Assembly (NCBI RefSeq): GCF_000015945.1
Contig: NC_009033.1
Location: 30,001-62,000, forward strand
Reading direction: 5' to 3'
DNA from: Staphylothermus marinus F1
GTDB taxonomy: Archaea; Thermoproteota; Thermoprotei_A; Sulfolobales; Desulfurococcaceae
DNA: 32,000 bases
A program made the position numbers and the translations under genes. Position 1 is the first letter of the stretch; each line of letters begins with the position of its first letter. The notes under the pieces were generated by a model. The model was not told the DNA's origin and did not search any database. It was given only the letters and a program-made list of their open reading frames with translations. Below, one piece after another: positions 6,643-16,237 of the stretch.

Positions 6643-8610
6643 TTGCAGTATCTGAGACTAGTCTCATCGATGCTTGTGTTTCTTATTATATTATCGGCTA
6701 TATTCATGGTGAATGCTTACCCTGCTAATATCACTATTCACACTTTTAGAAAGTCGGTTGTAGTTTATGCTCCCGCAGTTACACGCAGTGGTGAGGGGGC
6801 TGTTCTCCGAGTAAATCTTACAATTGTTTATCCAGGTTCTGGAATGGTATATTTTTCTGCGAGACCCCTTGTTGAACCAGATACCCAAGCAACAGCACGT
6901 ATTGCAGCATATGTTGCTTCCACAGTTACCGGCCAAAATTTTTACTCCTATGACTACTACGTAGTTATGACTAGTAATTCTCTCGTAGTTGGAGGACCGA
7001 GTGCGGGCGGGTTAATGACTATTGGGTTTATATCTTTGTTTCTGAATAAGACATTGAACCCTAATGTAACGATGACTGGAATGATAAATCCTGATGGAAG
7101 CATTGGCCCCGTAGGCGGGCTTCTCGGAAAACTCCATGCTGTTGCTAAAAGTGGGTTCAAGGTTTTCTTAATACCAGTTGGTCAGAGAATAGTTTATGTC
7201 GAGAAAAGAATTGTTAAGAGGGTTCTCTGGGGATATTATGAGACAATTAAATATGTGCCAGTAGACCTTGTTAAGGAGGGTGAAAAACTTAACGTAACAG
7301 TTATTGAAGTTGGCAACATCTTTGACGCTATGAAGTATTTCCTCGGAGTAAATGTGAAGCCTATTAAGAGCTCGAAGATAATAATGAACAATACTGTTCT
7401 CAACATCATAGATAAATTTGCATGGGAAAACTATGTTAGATCAATGAATTTATTCAATGAATCTAAGAAACTCTTTAACCAATTAGACTTGTTCACTAGA
7501 ATACAGCTATACGATCAGATCAAAAATGTTGAGAAAATGAATTATCAGTTGAAACAATTGATAGATGAGAACTTATCTATCGCATCTTTTATTTATTCTA
7601 ATAAAGTGCTTAAAGAAAACATTTACATAAACTGGCTATATAAATCAATTCTTGGAAAACTAAATTTAGAAAACACTATCTCAATGATTAATGAGACTAT
7701 AAAAGATCTCCACGATAAATTATCTACTACTGGTCCAGGATTAAATCCTCTATTAATTGAATCACATGGATTATATTTTCAAGCATTAACGAATTATATT
7801 GAATTGCTCAGTAAAAACAATGCATCATTTACTACTGGCGATATCGAAAAATTAGCTGATGTAGCTGTTAAGCTATACTTCTCTGATCAATTACTCAATA
7901 TATCATCAATGTTTAGCAAGAAATATATAAACATAACTGATTCGTTCATGACTTTGTATAGTTTATCTGATTCAGTTGTTTCATATGCTTATAGCTTAGC
8001 AAACGATATTGGAGGTGGAAACCAATATATAGTTGAGGCACTAAATTATTTCCAGGATGCTATAAATGCTTATACAACTAATTACACGGTAGCATCAATA
8101 GGGTTATTGATAGATAGTATCGTGTATGCGGATATAGGGATAGAGACGCTTTTTATACAAAACAATACTGTTTATTCAAATATAACTATGTATCTAATGA
8201 GAGAGCATTTAATCTATTATAATCTCACAACAATCAAAGATTATATGAACTATACATTCATGGCTAGTAATCAATATATGTATATTAATGACTATGTGGA
8301 TTCCATGTATACATTATTAAAAGGGATAATGTACGCCTCCATATTCATGTCAAATAATACATCATTAAACATAGTTGAAAATACAGTGTTTCTTCCATCT
8401 AGTACTCCAGTTAATAATCCAAATAATAGAACCGAAACACCTACTAGTAGATCAACATCTAATAGTACTAGAATAAACGAGATCAATACAAATATACAAG
8501 ATACGGTATACTACGTTTTAGGATTAATCACAGGCTTCGCACTCGGTTTAATAACGTATTATATCTACTCAGTCACGAAGAGAAAGAAAGGAGAAAGTCT
8601 CAATATATAG
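6643..8610 (+). CDS. Secreted, C-terminally membrane-anchored Lon-like S16 serine protease domain protein (archaeal COG1750-type)
   Basis: The Lon proteolytic-domain motifs GGPSAGG (catalytic Ser) and GKLHAVAKSG (Lys) are present. There is an N-terminal signal-like segment MLVFLIILSAIFMVNA. A roughly 400-aa Asn/Tyr-rich region carries about 20 N-x-S/T sequons, followed by a Thr/Ser/Asn-rich linker and one C-terminal TM helix plus KRKK. The start is uncertain: TTG 6643 after GGAGGGTG, ATG 6670, or the ORF start at 6610. Confidence 0.7.
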   Translation: MQYLRLVSSMLVFLIILSAIFMVNAYPANITIHTFRKSVVVYAPAVTRSGEGAVLRVNLTIVYPGSGMVYFSARPLVEPDTQATARIAAYVASTVTGQNFYSYDYYVVMTSNSLVVGGPSAGGLMTIGFISLFLNKTLNPNVTMTGMINPDGSIGPVGGLLGKLHAVAKSGFKVFLIPVGQRIVYVEKRIVKRVLWGYYETIKYVPVDLVKEGEKLNVTVIEVGNIFDAMKYFLGVNVKPIKSSKIIMNNTVLNIIDKFAWENYVRSMNLFNESKKLFNQLDLFTRIQLYDQIKNVEKMNYQLKQLIDENLSIASFIYSNKVLKENIYINWLYKSILGKLNLENTISMINETIKDLHDKLSTTGPGLNPLLIESHGLYFQALTNYIELLSKNNASFTTGDIEKLADVAVKLYFSDQLLNISSMFSKKYINITDSFMTLYSLSDSVVSYAYSLANDIGGGNQYIVEALNYFQDAINAYTTNYTVASIGLLIDSIVYADIGIETLFIQNNTVYSNITMYLMREHLIYYNLTTIKDYMNYTFMASNQYMYINDYVDSMYTLLKGIMYASIFMSNNTSLNIVENTVFLPSSTPVNNPNNRTETPTSRSTSNSTRINEINTNIQDTVYYVLGLITGFALGLITYYIYSVTKRKKGESLNI

Positions 8611-8710
8611 TTTCTTCTTATCCATAGTTAAAGTTGATTATATTTTATTATAGGGTAAGCTAATTAAATTAATATATAGATATAGAGTATAAATCTAAAT
8701 GGTGATCTAG

Positions 8711-9874
8711 ATGAAGATGCCGTCTTTTCAAGTCTACAATGGGGGAGTTAAATTATTCTTTGGCATAAACGTTATTGGTAATGCTGAGGAATTCATTAAA
8801 GCTTATAAAAGAATATTGTTAGTTACAGGTCGTAGATCAGCAAAGATTTCCGGCGCACTTGACGATGTAACCAGTATTTTGGATAAGCATGGAATAGAAT
8901 ATACCGTATACAATGATATAGTGCCCAACCCTATAGTGGAGAATGTTGAGGGGATTGTGAAGGCTTATAAAGAATTTGGAGCTGAGGCTATTATTGCTAT
9001 AGGTGGTGGTAGCATTATTGATTCTGCAAAAGTTGCTAGGCTAGTTATTAGTGGTGGTGGTAGCGTTGTTGATTATTTATATGGTAGAAAACCGTATCCT
9101 GAGAAACTACCGTTTCTCCTCGCAATTAATCTAACTCATGGTACTGGTACAGAGATTGATAAATATGCTGTTGTAAGCATTGTGGAGACCAAGGAAAAAA
9201 TAGGGATAAGTGCTGGTTATCCTAACGTATCAATTGATGATCCAAGATATACGAGGACTCTTCCAAGAAACCAAACAATATATACATCTATAGATGCGTT
9301 TGCACATTCTGTTGAATCAGCAACATCTACACGGTCCAGCCCATATACATGGTTGCTTGCTGAAGAAGCGATTAAGCATATAGTGAAGCATCTTCCCAGA
9401 GCACTGGAGAAACCAGATGATCTAGAAGCACGGTATTGGCTTCTATACGCATCAATGATTGCTGGAATAAGCATTGATCACGGAGTAACCCATATAGGAC
9501 ATGGATTAGAGCATGTATTTAGCGGGTTCAATCCTAAACTGCCCCATGGAGCAGGACTAGCTATATTATATAAAGCATTATTACAGTTCTTCTATAAATT
9601 AGATCCCGAAGTAATGGCTAGAATACTAAAACCATTAGATCCAGAGTTAAAGCCTAGAGTAGAAGACGCTGAAAAAGCACAGAAAGCATATAATAAGTTC
9701 CTCGAAGAGATAGGATTTAATGAGTCATTCTCTACGTATGGATTCAGCATCGAAGACGTTAAGGAAGCAGTAAAGTTCTATTATGAAAACGAGAAAATGA
9801 AGAGGTATCATGGATTAGCGCCTAAATTACCGAGTCGTGAAGATTTAGAGAAATGGTTAACTTCCCTAATATGA
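8711..9874 (+). CDS. Iron-containing (type III) alcohol dehydrogenase family protein
   Basis: It has the GGGSIIDSAKV nucleotide-binding motif and the His-rich metal site region HGVTHIGHGLEHV...PHGAG. GGTGAT lies 4 nt upstream of the ATG. Confidence 0.85.
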   Translation: MKMPSFQVYNGGVKLFFGINVIGNAEEFIKAYKRILLVTGRRSAKISGALDDVTSILDKHGIEYTVYNDIVPNPIVENVEGIVKAYKEFGAEAIIAIGGGSIIDSAKVARLVISGGGSVVDYLYGRKPYPEKLPFLLAINLTHGTGTEIDKYAVVSIVETKEKIGISAGYPNVSIDDPRYTRTLPRNQTIYTSIDAFAHSVESATSTRSSPYTWLLAEEAIKHIVKHLPRALEKPDDLEARYWLLYASMIAGISIDHGVTHIGHGLEHVFSGFNPKLPHGAGLAILYKALLQFFYKLDPEVMARILKPLDPELKPRVEDAEKAQKAYNKFLEEIGFNESFSTYGFSIEDVKEAVKFYYENEKMKRYHGLAPKLPSREDLEKWLTSLI

Positions 9875-9981
9875 GAATATAATTTTTTTATTTTAATAAA
9901 GAAGTATTTATAACTCGTCATAATTATTAATTGATAAAATATATTAGGAAACCTATATATATTCTTAAATCGGTGAAGTAT

Positions 9982-10359
9982 ATGAAGAGGTTCGGAGACC
10001 TAATCTATACTCCTGAAACAGCATCTGGAGAAGCTATAACTAAGGTAGAATCCCATACACCAAAAATCGAAGCACCAGACAAGGTTAAAGCAGGTGAGCC
10101 ATTCAAGGTAAAAGTGAGTGTTGGACCGCATCCTAACAAGGTTGAACATAGTATTAGATGGGTAGAGCTCTACTTTGAGGAGGAGGGAAGAGCGTTCAAC
10201 CCTGTTCTTCTAGGCAGAGCTTATTGGACTCCAGTATATGTAGAGCCACAAGTAGAATTCACTGTTAAACTCGAGAAGAGCGGAGTCCTATATGCTATAA
10301 TATATTGTAACTTGCATGGTCTATGGGAAGCTCGTAAGGAAATTAAAGTTGAAAAATAA
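9982..10359 (+). CDS. sor: Superoxide reductase (1Fe-SOR / neelaredoxin type)
   Basis: Motifs: ESHTPKIE (E-x-H-x-P), HPNKVEHSIRWVELYF (two His ligands) and YCNLHGLWE (Cys-x2-His). ATG 9982 follows GGTGA and gives about 125 aa, typical for 1Fe-SOR. Confidence 0.85.
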   Translation: MKRFGDLIYTPETASGEAITKVESHTPKIEAPDKVKAGEPFKVKVSVGPHPNKVEHSIRWVELYFEEEGRAFNPVLLGRAYWTPVYVEPQVEFTVKLEKSGVLYAIIYCNLHGLWEARKEIKVEK

Positions 10360-10382
10360 ACATGCATAGGTGATAAATAAGT

Positions 10383-10715
10383 TTGGACTTAAACAAATCT
10401 TCTTTTTTAAATAGTAACGAAGTTAAGAAAATTGTTTCAAAAGCAATAGATTTATACAACAAGTTTAGAGCACCTGAAGCAAAAGCTGTACTTCTAGAAA
10501 TAAACGGTGATAAAGTAAAGATCTTGTTTGAGGGATCATTTTGTTTTACCTGTGGAATAAGGGATTGGGTTGAGGACATGGTTTATGTTTTCGAAGACCT
10601 AGGAGTTGAAGCTGAGTTAATAGAGTATCTCGAACCAGATAATGAAACAGAAAATATTAGAGTTGGTGTTTTTAGAATTAAGGGATATAAAGCGGGGGAG
10701 GGGGTCCCAGATTGA
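10383..10715 (+). CDS. Small CxxC protein, weak Nfu/NifU-C-terminal-like pattern; function unknown
   Basis: AGGTGAT lies 8 nt upstream of the TTG start. The segment VKILFEGSFCFTCGIRDWVEDMVYVFEDL resembles the V.V.L.G.C..C....TL...IE..L pattern of Nfu domains. It overlaps the downstream Lrp gene by 4 nt. Confidence 0.45.
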   Translation: MDLNKSSFLNSNEVKKIVSKAIDLYNKFRAPEAKAVLLEINGDKVKILFEGSFCFTCGIRDWVEDMVYVFEDLGVEAELIEYLEPDNETENIRVGVFRIKGYKAGEGVPD

Positions 10716-11152
10716 TTGATGAAATAGATATGAAGATATTGAAAATACTTATGGAAAATGCTCGAGCTACATACAATGAGATAGCTAAAAGAGTTGGTTT
10801 AAGCGATGTAGCAGTAATTAAGAGGATTCGGAGACTTGAAAAAGACGGCGTTATTAAGAAATATACTATAATAGTTGATCCCAAAAAGCTTGGATACAGT
10901 AAAGTATCAATTACAGGAATAAATGTTGATCCAGCCAGTCTTTTCAAAGTAATTCAGGTTCTCAAAGATAAGCCATATATTAAATATATTGCAATAACAT
11001 CCGGTGATCATTCACTAATTGCTGTAATCTGGGGTAAGGATAGTAATGATATTATGCGTATTCATAAAGAAATAGAGCAACTTGAAGGTGTGCAAAAACT
11101 TTATCCGAGCATAGTTCTTGACGTAATTAAAGAGGATTGTCCTTTACCCTAA
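10712..11152 (+). CDS. Lrp/AsnC-family transcriptional regulator
   Basis: N-terminal HTH (DEIDMKILKILMENARATYNEIAKRVGLSDVAVIKRIRRLEKDGVIKKY) plus a C-terminal RAM-like domain. GGGGAGGGGG lies 7 nt upstream of the TTG start. Confidence 0.85.
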   Translation: MIDEIDMKILKILMENARATYNEIAKRVGLSDVAVIKRIRRLEKDGVIKKYTIIVDPKKLGYSKVSITGINVDPASLFKVIQVLKDKPYIKYIAITSGDHSLIAVIWGKDSNDIMRIHKEIEQLEGVQKLYPSIVLDVIKEDCPLP

Positions 11153-11160
11153 TATGCATG

Positions 11161-12525
11161 TTATTCTCTAATAATGCTTAAAGCTTTATATACTACTTCT
11201 ACGGGAGTTTTTCCAAGCACTCTTATCATTGCTTCTTTACCAACATCTCCAGTATCATAGATTATGTCTGGAACTCTTTTCACTTTCTTAAAAGCTGTTT
11301 CCATAATCCAAGGAATACTTCTACCTTCTACTAGGCGGACTTCTTCTGGTTCATTTCTACGATCAATATATACTACAATATATCCTTTCTTCTCCGCTCT
11401 CTCTACTAGTTTCTCATCATATTTTAAATTCATAGCTGATCTAATACTTGGATCGTATTTCATAGCTGTTAGTACTAATCTAGCCATATGACTTGAAGCC
11501 CCAAACTCTACTGGCCCAACAATTTTTACTCCGTCACCATACCTAACTATTCTCCCTTTGACTCCTGCAACATCATTTATTGTCTCAGCATACCTAGGAT
11601 CTATGGCCATTACTAGATTAGAACCTGTTTCAGGAATGTATTTATTGAAGAGCTTCTGGTTTTCAATTATGATCTTTAAAGCTTCTTTTACGGATTCGAT
11701 GACGTGATACTTCATTGCAGGTATCTCGATCCAAGCCATTGGATTAACGGGGCAAGCTCCTCTTCCCACTTTAACTCCATACTTAATAGCCATTGTTATG
11801 AATTTCTTAGCGGTTTTAACGGCTTTAACAATATCTCTGCCTTTAGCAAGCTCTACGGCTATTGCGGCTGAGAATGAACAACCTGTACCATGTGTACATC
11901 CATCCACTATTCTTGGTGCTCTAAACTCGTAGAATTTACCATTATAATACATTATATCAATAGATTCCTCTCCTACCTCAATATGTCCTCCTTTAACTAT
12001 AGCTGCTGTAGCCCCCAGTTCTTCAACAATGTATTTTGCAGCTTTTCTAGCATCCTCGAAATTATTGATTTTCATACCAGTAATTTTTTCTGCTTCATGT
12101 TTATTTGGAGTGATTACAGTAGCTATTGGTACCATATACTTTATGAGTGCATTCATTGCTTCTGGTCTCAAAAGTGGAGCACCGCTTTTAGCTATCATTA
12201 CTGGGTCAACTACCAATGGGAATCCAAGCTTTGAAACAGTTTCAGCCACGGCTCTAATAATTTCGGAATTGCTAAGCATACCTGTTTTACCAGCATCAAT
12301 ACCTATATCCTCCCATACAGTAATTATTTGTCTAGCAACCATTTCTGGAGGTAAATCATGAATACCAGTCACTTGATAAGTGTTCTGAGCTGTTACACTA
12401 GTTAAGGCAACAACTCCGTGAACTCCTAGTGCAGCAAAAGTTTTAAGATCAGCCTCTATACCAGCTCCACCACCAGAATCACTACCAGCAATCGTTATAG
12501 CTATAGGATATAATTTCTTTTTCAT
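11161..12525 (-). CDS. thiDN: Bifunctional ThiD (HMP/HMP-P kinase) - ThiN (archaeal thiamine-phosphate synthase) fusion
   Basis: The N-terminal ThiD motifs are [18 protein letters not shown] and [13 protein letters not shown]-terminal domain of about 180 aa follows, as in archaeal ThiDN. ATG 12525 is preferred over the upstream ATG 12558. Confidence 0.85.
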   Translation of the reverse strand: MKKKLYPIAITIAGSDSGGGAGIEADLKTFAALGVHGVVALTSVTAQNTYQVTGIHDLPPEMVARQIITVWEDIGIDAGKTGMLSNSEIIRAVAETVSKLGFPLVVDPVMIAKSGAPLLRPEAMNALIKYMVPIATVITPNKHEAEKITGMKINNFEDARKAAKYIVEELGATAAIVKGGHIEVGEESIDIMYYNGKFYEFRAPRIVDGCTHGTGCSFSAAIAVELAKGRDIVKAVKTAKKFITMAIKYGVKVGRGACPVNPMAWIEIPAMKYHVIESVKEALKIIIENQKLFNKYIPETGSNLVMAIDPRYAETINDVAGVKGRIVRYGDGVKIVGPVEFGASSHMARLVLTAMKYDPSIRSAMNLKYDEKLVERAEKKGYIVVYIDRRNEPEEVRLVEGRSIPWIMETAFKKVKRVPDIIYDTGDVGKEAMIRVLGKTPVEVVYKALSIIRE

Positions 12526-12527
12526 AG

Positions 12528-12551
12528 AACACTCCCTCTTTGAGGAGTGTT
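12528..12551. promoter_or_regulatory. Palindrome AACACTCC-N8-GGAGTGTT in the divergent thiDN / ykoD-like promoter region; candidate operator
   Basis: Read directly: arms at 12528-12535 and 12544-12551. It lies between the TATA-like ATTATATATT of thiDN and its ATG. An extra GAGGAGTG half-site at 12599-12606 sits just before the ATG of the ATPase gene. Confidence 0.35.
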
Positions 12552-12616
12552 TCATCAATATATAATTTAGTTATCAAAATATATATAACTTGATTATCGA
12601 GGAGTGGTAGAGAAAC

Positions 12617-14077
12617 ATGATAAAGTACAGTATCAACGCTGCCGGATACGTTGAGAACGAAAAAATACTGGAAAACATCTTAGGAGAGGTAAGCCCTGGA
12701 GAAACAATAATAATGGCTGGTCCATCAGGCTCTGGTAAAACAACATTATTGCTTACATTAACAGGTGTATTAACGAATCTCCTAAATGGATGGGTTAAAG
12801 GAAAAGTTCTTATAGATGATCTAGATCCGTTACAAGATAGTGATTTCACAAATATACCTTATGTATTAGGAGCTGTTCTACAAGACCCAGATAAACAAAT
12901 AGCAATGCCTACACCACTAGACGAAGTATCTTTTCAACTCGAAAACCTCGGATATAATGAGGAGGAAGCACAACGTCTGGCATTTTTAGCATTGAAAAAA
13001 TATGGGCTAGAAAAAAAGGCAAATATGCATGTCGAATACTTATCAGGGGGAGAGAAGAGGAGGCTAACATTTGCATCAGCAACCGTTCATGATCCCAAAG
13101 TGTTATTTCTAGATGAGCCTACAGCATCTGTTGATCCATGGGGAATAAAGCAGATAAGAGAATTTATAGTGGAGGCTGAAAAGAGAAACAAGACGATAAT
13201 AATAGTTGAACATAAACTAAAATATTTCATGGATATAGTTGATGAAATACATGTTCTTAGAAGGGGCAAGCTTGAACGAGTGTATAGGAAAGAAGAGATG
13301 ACAAACGAAGTTCTAGATCAACTTGAAGAAATGGGTATTGATGCGAAATCTCCACATATTCTGCCTTCTAGGCCCGTTAAGAATAAGATAATACTGAAAA
13401 CACGCAATCTAACAATCGGTTACCCTAATAGTGAAGTATTGGTAAAAGATATTGATTTAGAGCTTCATGAAGGCGAGATTGCAGTAATTGTTGGACCTAA
13501 TGGATCAGGTAAGACAACTCTTCTCAAAACATTAATTGGTGCAATTCCTGCGATTGATGGAGAAATATACTATTCAGGAGAGAAACTTGTTTATCGTGGG
13601 AATAAATTGTTTAAAGGACTATTTTATGTACCACAACAACCAGACTATTTATTCATAGAAACAAGTCTTGCAAAGGAAATATTAGAACTAGCTAAGAAGA
13701 CAAGAACCGATCCAAAGATTATTGCTGAAAAAATACCATGGTTTAATGAGTTGAAAAATACGAGCCCATATAATCTAAGCCATGGTCAACGTAGATGGTT
13801 GTCAATTATAATTGCTTGGGTGTACAAGTCTAGGATTATATTATTGGATGAACCAACAACGGGTCTGGATTATTCTTTATTTAAGGAGTTAAAGAGGTTG
13901 ATTAATAAACTTAGGGATATGGGTTTATCATTTATAATATCAACTCATGATCCAAGAGTTGTTGGGGAACTAGCTGATACCGTTTATTATATGGATCCTA
14001 TTTCTAGAAGACTTGACCTTAGGGATAAGGAGGAAATTGTTGAGCTATTAGAAAGAATTGCGGGTGTGTTATTTTGA
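12617..14077 (+). CDS. ykoD: ECF-transporter duplicated ATPase (EcfA-EcfA' fusion, YkoD-like)
   Basis: It has two complete ABC cassettes. Walker A: GPSGSGKT and GPNGSGKT. Signatures: LSGGEKRR and LSHGQRRW. Walker B: LFLDEPT and ILLDEPT. H-loops: VEHK and STHD. The fused architecture and thiamine-gene neighbourhood match ykoD. Confidence 0.8.
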   Translation: MIKYSINAAGYVENEKILENILGEVSPGETIIMAGPSGSGKTTLLLTLTGVLTNLLNGWVKGKVLIDDLDPLQDSDFTNIPYVLGAVLQDPDKQIAMPTPLDEVSFQLENLGYNEEEAQRLAFLALKKYGLEKKANMHVEYLSGGEKRRLTFASATVHDPKVLFLDEPTASVDPWGIKQIREFIVEAEKRNKTIIIVEHKLKYFMDIVDEIHVLRRGKLERVYRKEEMTNEVLDQLEEMGIDAKSPHILPSRPVKNKIILKTRNLTIGYPNSEVLVKDIDLELHEGEIAVIVGPNGSGKTTLLKTLIGAIPAIDGEIYYSGEKLVYRGNKLFKGLFYVPQQPDYLFIETSLAKEILELAKKTRTDPKIIAEKIPWFNELKNTSPYNLSHGQRRWLSIIIAWVYKSRIILLDEPTTGLDYSLFKELKRLINKLRDMGLSFIISTHDPRVVGELADTVYYMDPISRRLDLRDKEEIVELLERIAGVLF

Positions 14078-14769
14078 GGAGGCCTTCTTCATCAATATTA
14101 TTTATATATGCATTGTTTGTTTCTCTACTAGCATATGCTTATAGAGACCTATATGATCTATTGGTTATTGGTTTGATTAATCTTGTATTAGGGGTAATGT
14201 ATGGTTATAGATACAAGTTGTTATGGTTATTGTTGATTCTAGGCTTATGGGGAACATTCATAAATGCTTACACAGTTTCGAATACAGGTAGTATAGTGGT
14301 TGATTGGGGTTGGATAACTATACGTGAAGGTGCTTTAACAGCTACAGCCGCAATTTTTATGAGGCTACTATCAATAGTTGGTGCTACACTCTTCTTCATA
14401 GGTAACTCTACTCCTTCAGAACTAGTGAGATCGCTTGTATCAGAACTAAGAATCCCTAAGGGTTTAGCCTTTTCAATATCGTATGCTTTACGACTAATAC
14501 CTTTAATGAAGAAAGATTATGAGGAAATAAGAATTGCTAGATTAGAGCGTGGATATAGAAGAATACCGTATTTACCCAATGATTTAAAATCATTTCTATT
14601 ACCACTACTAAGTATTGCTTATGAGAGAGCGGTTTGGGCAGGAATAGCTGTGGAGCTGAAAGGGTTTAGGCTGAGGAAAGTAAGGTATAGAAAAATACGT
14701 ATCAGGGTTCCAGAGATTATTGTATTTGCTTTGTTAGCAATACAAGTTATTGTTCCTTTAATGTTTTAG
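14074..14769 (+). CDS. ykoC: ECF-transporter T component (CbiQ/EcfT family, YkoC-like)
   Basis: The start overlaps the ATPase stop (TTGA). It is a polytopic protein with the characteristic EcfT region ALRLIPLMKKDYEEIRIARLERGY. Confidence 0.75.
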   Translation: MRRPSSSILFIYALFVSLLAYAYRDLYDLLVIGLINLVLGVMYGYRYKLLWLLLILGLWGTFINAYTVSNTGSIVVDWGWITIREGALTATAAIFMRLLSIVGATLFFIGNSTPSELVRSLVSELRIPKGLAFSISYALRLIPLMKKDYEEIRIARLERGYRRIPYLPNDLKSFLLPLLSIAYERAVWAGIAVELKGFRLRKVRYRKIRIRVPEIIVFALLAIQVIVPLMF

Positions 14770-15573
14770 TTTTTTCAAATAATCATCTATAAGATCAGCT
14801 ACTTTCCTGCCTGAAACAAGCATTCCTCCAAAGATAGGGCCCATTCTATGAGTATTATATAGTTCAGCAACACTCATACCGGTAACGAATAATCCTTTAA
14901 CAACCATACCTGTTTTCTCAACAACCTCTTCTTCACCAATCCAAACATTCTGACTAGACATTCCAGGAACATTTATTTTGAGCTCCGGATGTCTTTTAGC
15001 AAGTATTCTCAATAATGATCCATCATGACCTGTTGCATCAACAACAGCTTTAGCCTCCACATAGAATGGATCAACATGCCAACCAGCCTCGAAAATAGGT
15101 GTCCAATTAATAAGCACTCCTCTAACAACTAGATCTTCTCCTCTACCACGCGTAATTAAATCCTCAACTACAACACCAGGCCATATTATTGCACCATTCT
15201 CAATAGCATTAGATGCTAATTTAACAGCTAACTCACTCGGATCAATAACAAAAAGCCCATCTCTAACCTTATTAATCCTTGCACCCGCCTCTCTAGCAAT
15301 CTCTGCTGCCTCACCATCCTCTAATAACCCAATTGGTAAAAGCATTGATCCCCCTCTCATCCCTCCTCCAACACCAAGCATTCTCTCGAGAACAACTACT
15401 TTGTAGCCTTTCTCGCCTAGTTTCCAAGCAGCTGTTAATCCTGAGGGGCCTGCACCAACAATTACTACATCTACACGGACAATTTCTGATAGTTTCTTGT
15501 GCAATGCATCAATCAATGTTTTAGCAAGGTCTCCTTCGCTCAGTTCATATAGTTTTTCGGGGAAGAACTTCAT
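14758..15573 (-). CDS. thi4: Thiazole synthase Thi4 family (archaeal thiamine thiazole biosynthesis enzyme)
   Basis: It has the FAD/NAD fold VVIVGAGPSGLTAA, then VVDATGHDGS and GMSV....HRMGPIFGGMLVSG, typical of Thi4. ATG 15573 is preceded by GAGGGG with an 8-nt spacer. Confidence 0.85.
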   Translation of the reverse strand: MKFFPEKLYELSEGDLAKTLIDALHKKLSEIVRVDVVIVGAGPSGLTAAWKLGEKGYKVVVLERMLGVGGGMRGGSMLLPIGLLEDGEAAEIAREAGARINKVRDGLFVIDPSELAVKLASNAIENGAIIWPGVVVEDLITRGRGEDLVVRGVLINWTPIFEAGWHVDPFYVEAKAVVDATGHDGSLLRILAKRHPELKINVPGMSSQNVWIGEEEVVEKTGMVVKGLFVTGMSVAELYNTHRMGPIFGGMLVSGRKVADLIDDYLKKLKH

Positions 15574-15657
15574 ATATTGTTCCCCTCGCAAATATTATTA
15601 CTCGGTTATTATATAATTAATAATCAGGTTATAATATGTTTTACCGGGTGGACACAT

Positions 15658-16197
15658 ATGAGCGCTGGGAAGCTAAAATATACTGTGATCGACTACACTA
15701 TTCTAGGAGTAGTAGCTGTAGTAGCGGGCTTAATATTCTATGCTACATGGTTCATATACTATGCAGCAGAAGCTGTTGGCGGAAAGATACTTGCTAGAAT
15801 AGTATCTTATGGATTATGGTTTATCGGCGCACCACTAGCAGCATCAATGATAAGGAAGCCATTATCAGCTTTTCTAGGCGAAACACTTGGAGCACTAGTA
15901 GAAACAATAATCCCCACAGCCGGTGGATTCACAAACCTAATATATGGTATTGCTCAAGGCTTAGCGTCTGAGGCAGCGTATGCGTTATTCATGTATAGAA
16001 GATACGATCCATATATAGGAGCGTTGGCAGGTGCCTTTGCAGCATTTCCATGTGTAGCATTAGATGCAGTGTTATTCGGTGAAATAGCATCTCCAGAAGT
16101 AATGACCCTATGGCTAATAGCGGCAATTGTGAGTGGAGCAATATATGGATTCGTAGGATCAGTTGTAGGATTTACGGTAACCAAGAGAAAAATGTAA
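15658..16197 (+). CDS. ykoE: ECF S component, YkoE-like (predicted HMP/thiamine-precursor capture protein)
   Basis: About 180-aa membrane protein starting MSAGKLKYTVIDYTILGVVAVVAG after GGGTGG. The assignment combines the general S-component topology with its position between thi4 and tenA and next to the ykoDC-like genes. Confidence 0.6.
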   Translation: MSAGKLKYTVIDYTILGVVAVVAGLIFYATWFIYYAAEAVGGKILARIVSYGLWFIGAPLAASMIRKPLSAFLGETLGALVETIIPTAGGFTNLIYGIAQGLASEAAYALFMYRRYDPYIGALAGAFAAFPCVALDAVLFGEIASPEVMTLWLIAAIVSGAIYGFVGSVVGFTVTKRKM

Positions 16198-16201
16198 TAA
16201 T

Positions 16202-16237
16202 TGATCTCGAGGAAAATCTGAGATCACATTTGTTTTT
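16202..16237 (+). terminator. Hairpin (TGATCTC / GAGATCA) followed by a T5 run just after the ykoE-like stop codon
   Basis: Stem 16202-16208 pairs with 16220-16226, with an 11-nt loop and TTTTT at 16233-16237. Archaeal termination mainly needs oligo-T, so the role of the hairpin is uncertain. Confidence 0.3.

Noticed and set aside
2000-15524. Antisense shadow ORFs: 2000..2299, 2872..3138, 6691..6936, 6957..7160, 8292..8486, 9217..9474, 10343..10579, 10678..10947, 11264..11491, 11890..12234, 12029..12361, 12574..12849, 13087..13269, 15333..15524
   Set aside because: Each lies almost wholly inside, and opposite to, a gene with clear family motifs. Their compositions (Ser/Ile/Leu/Phe-rich, few charges) are typical of non-coding frames in AT-rich DNA.
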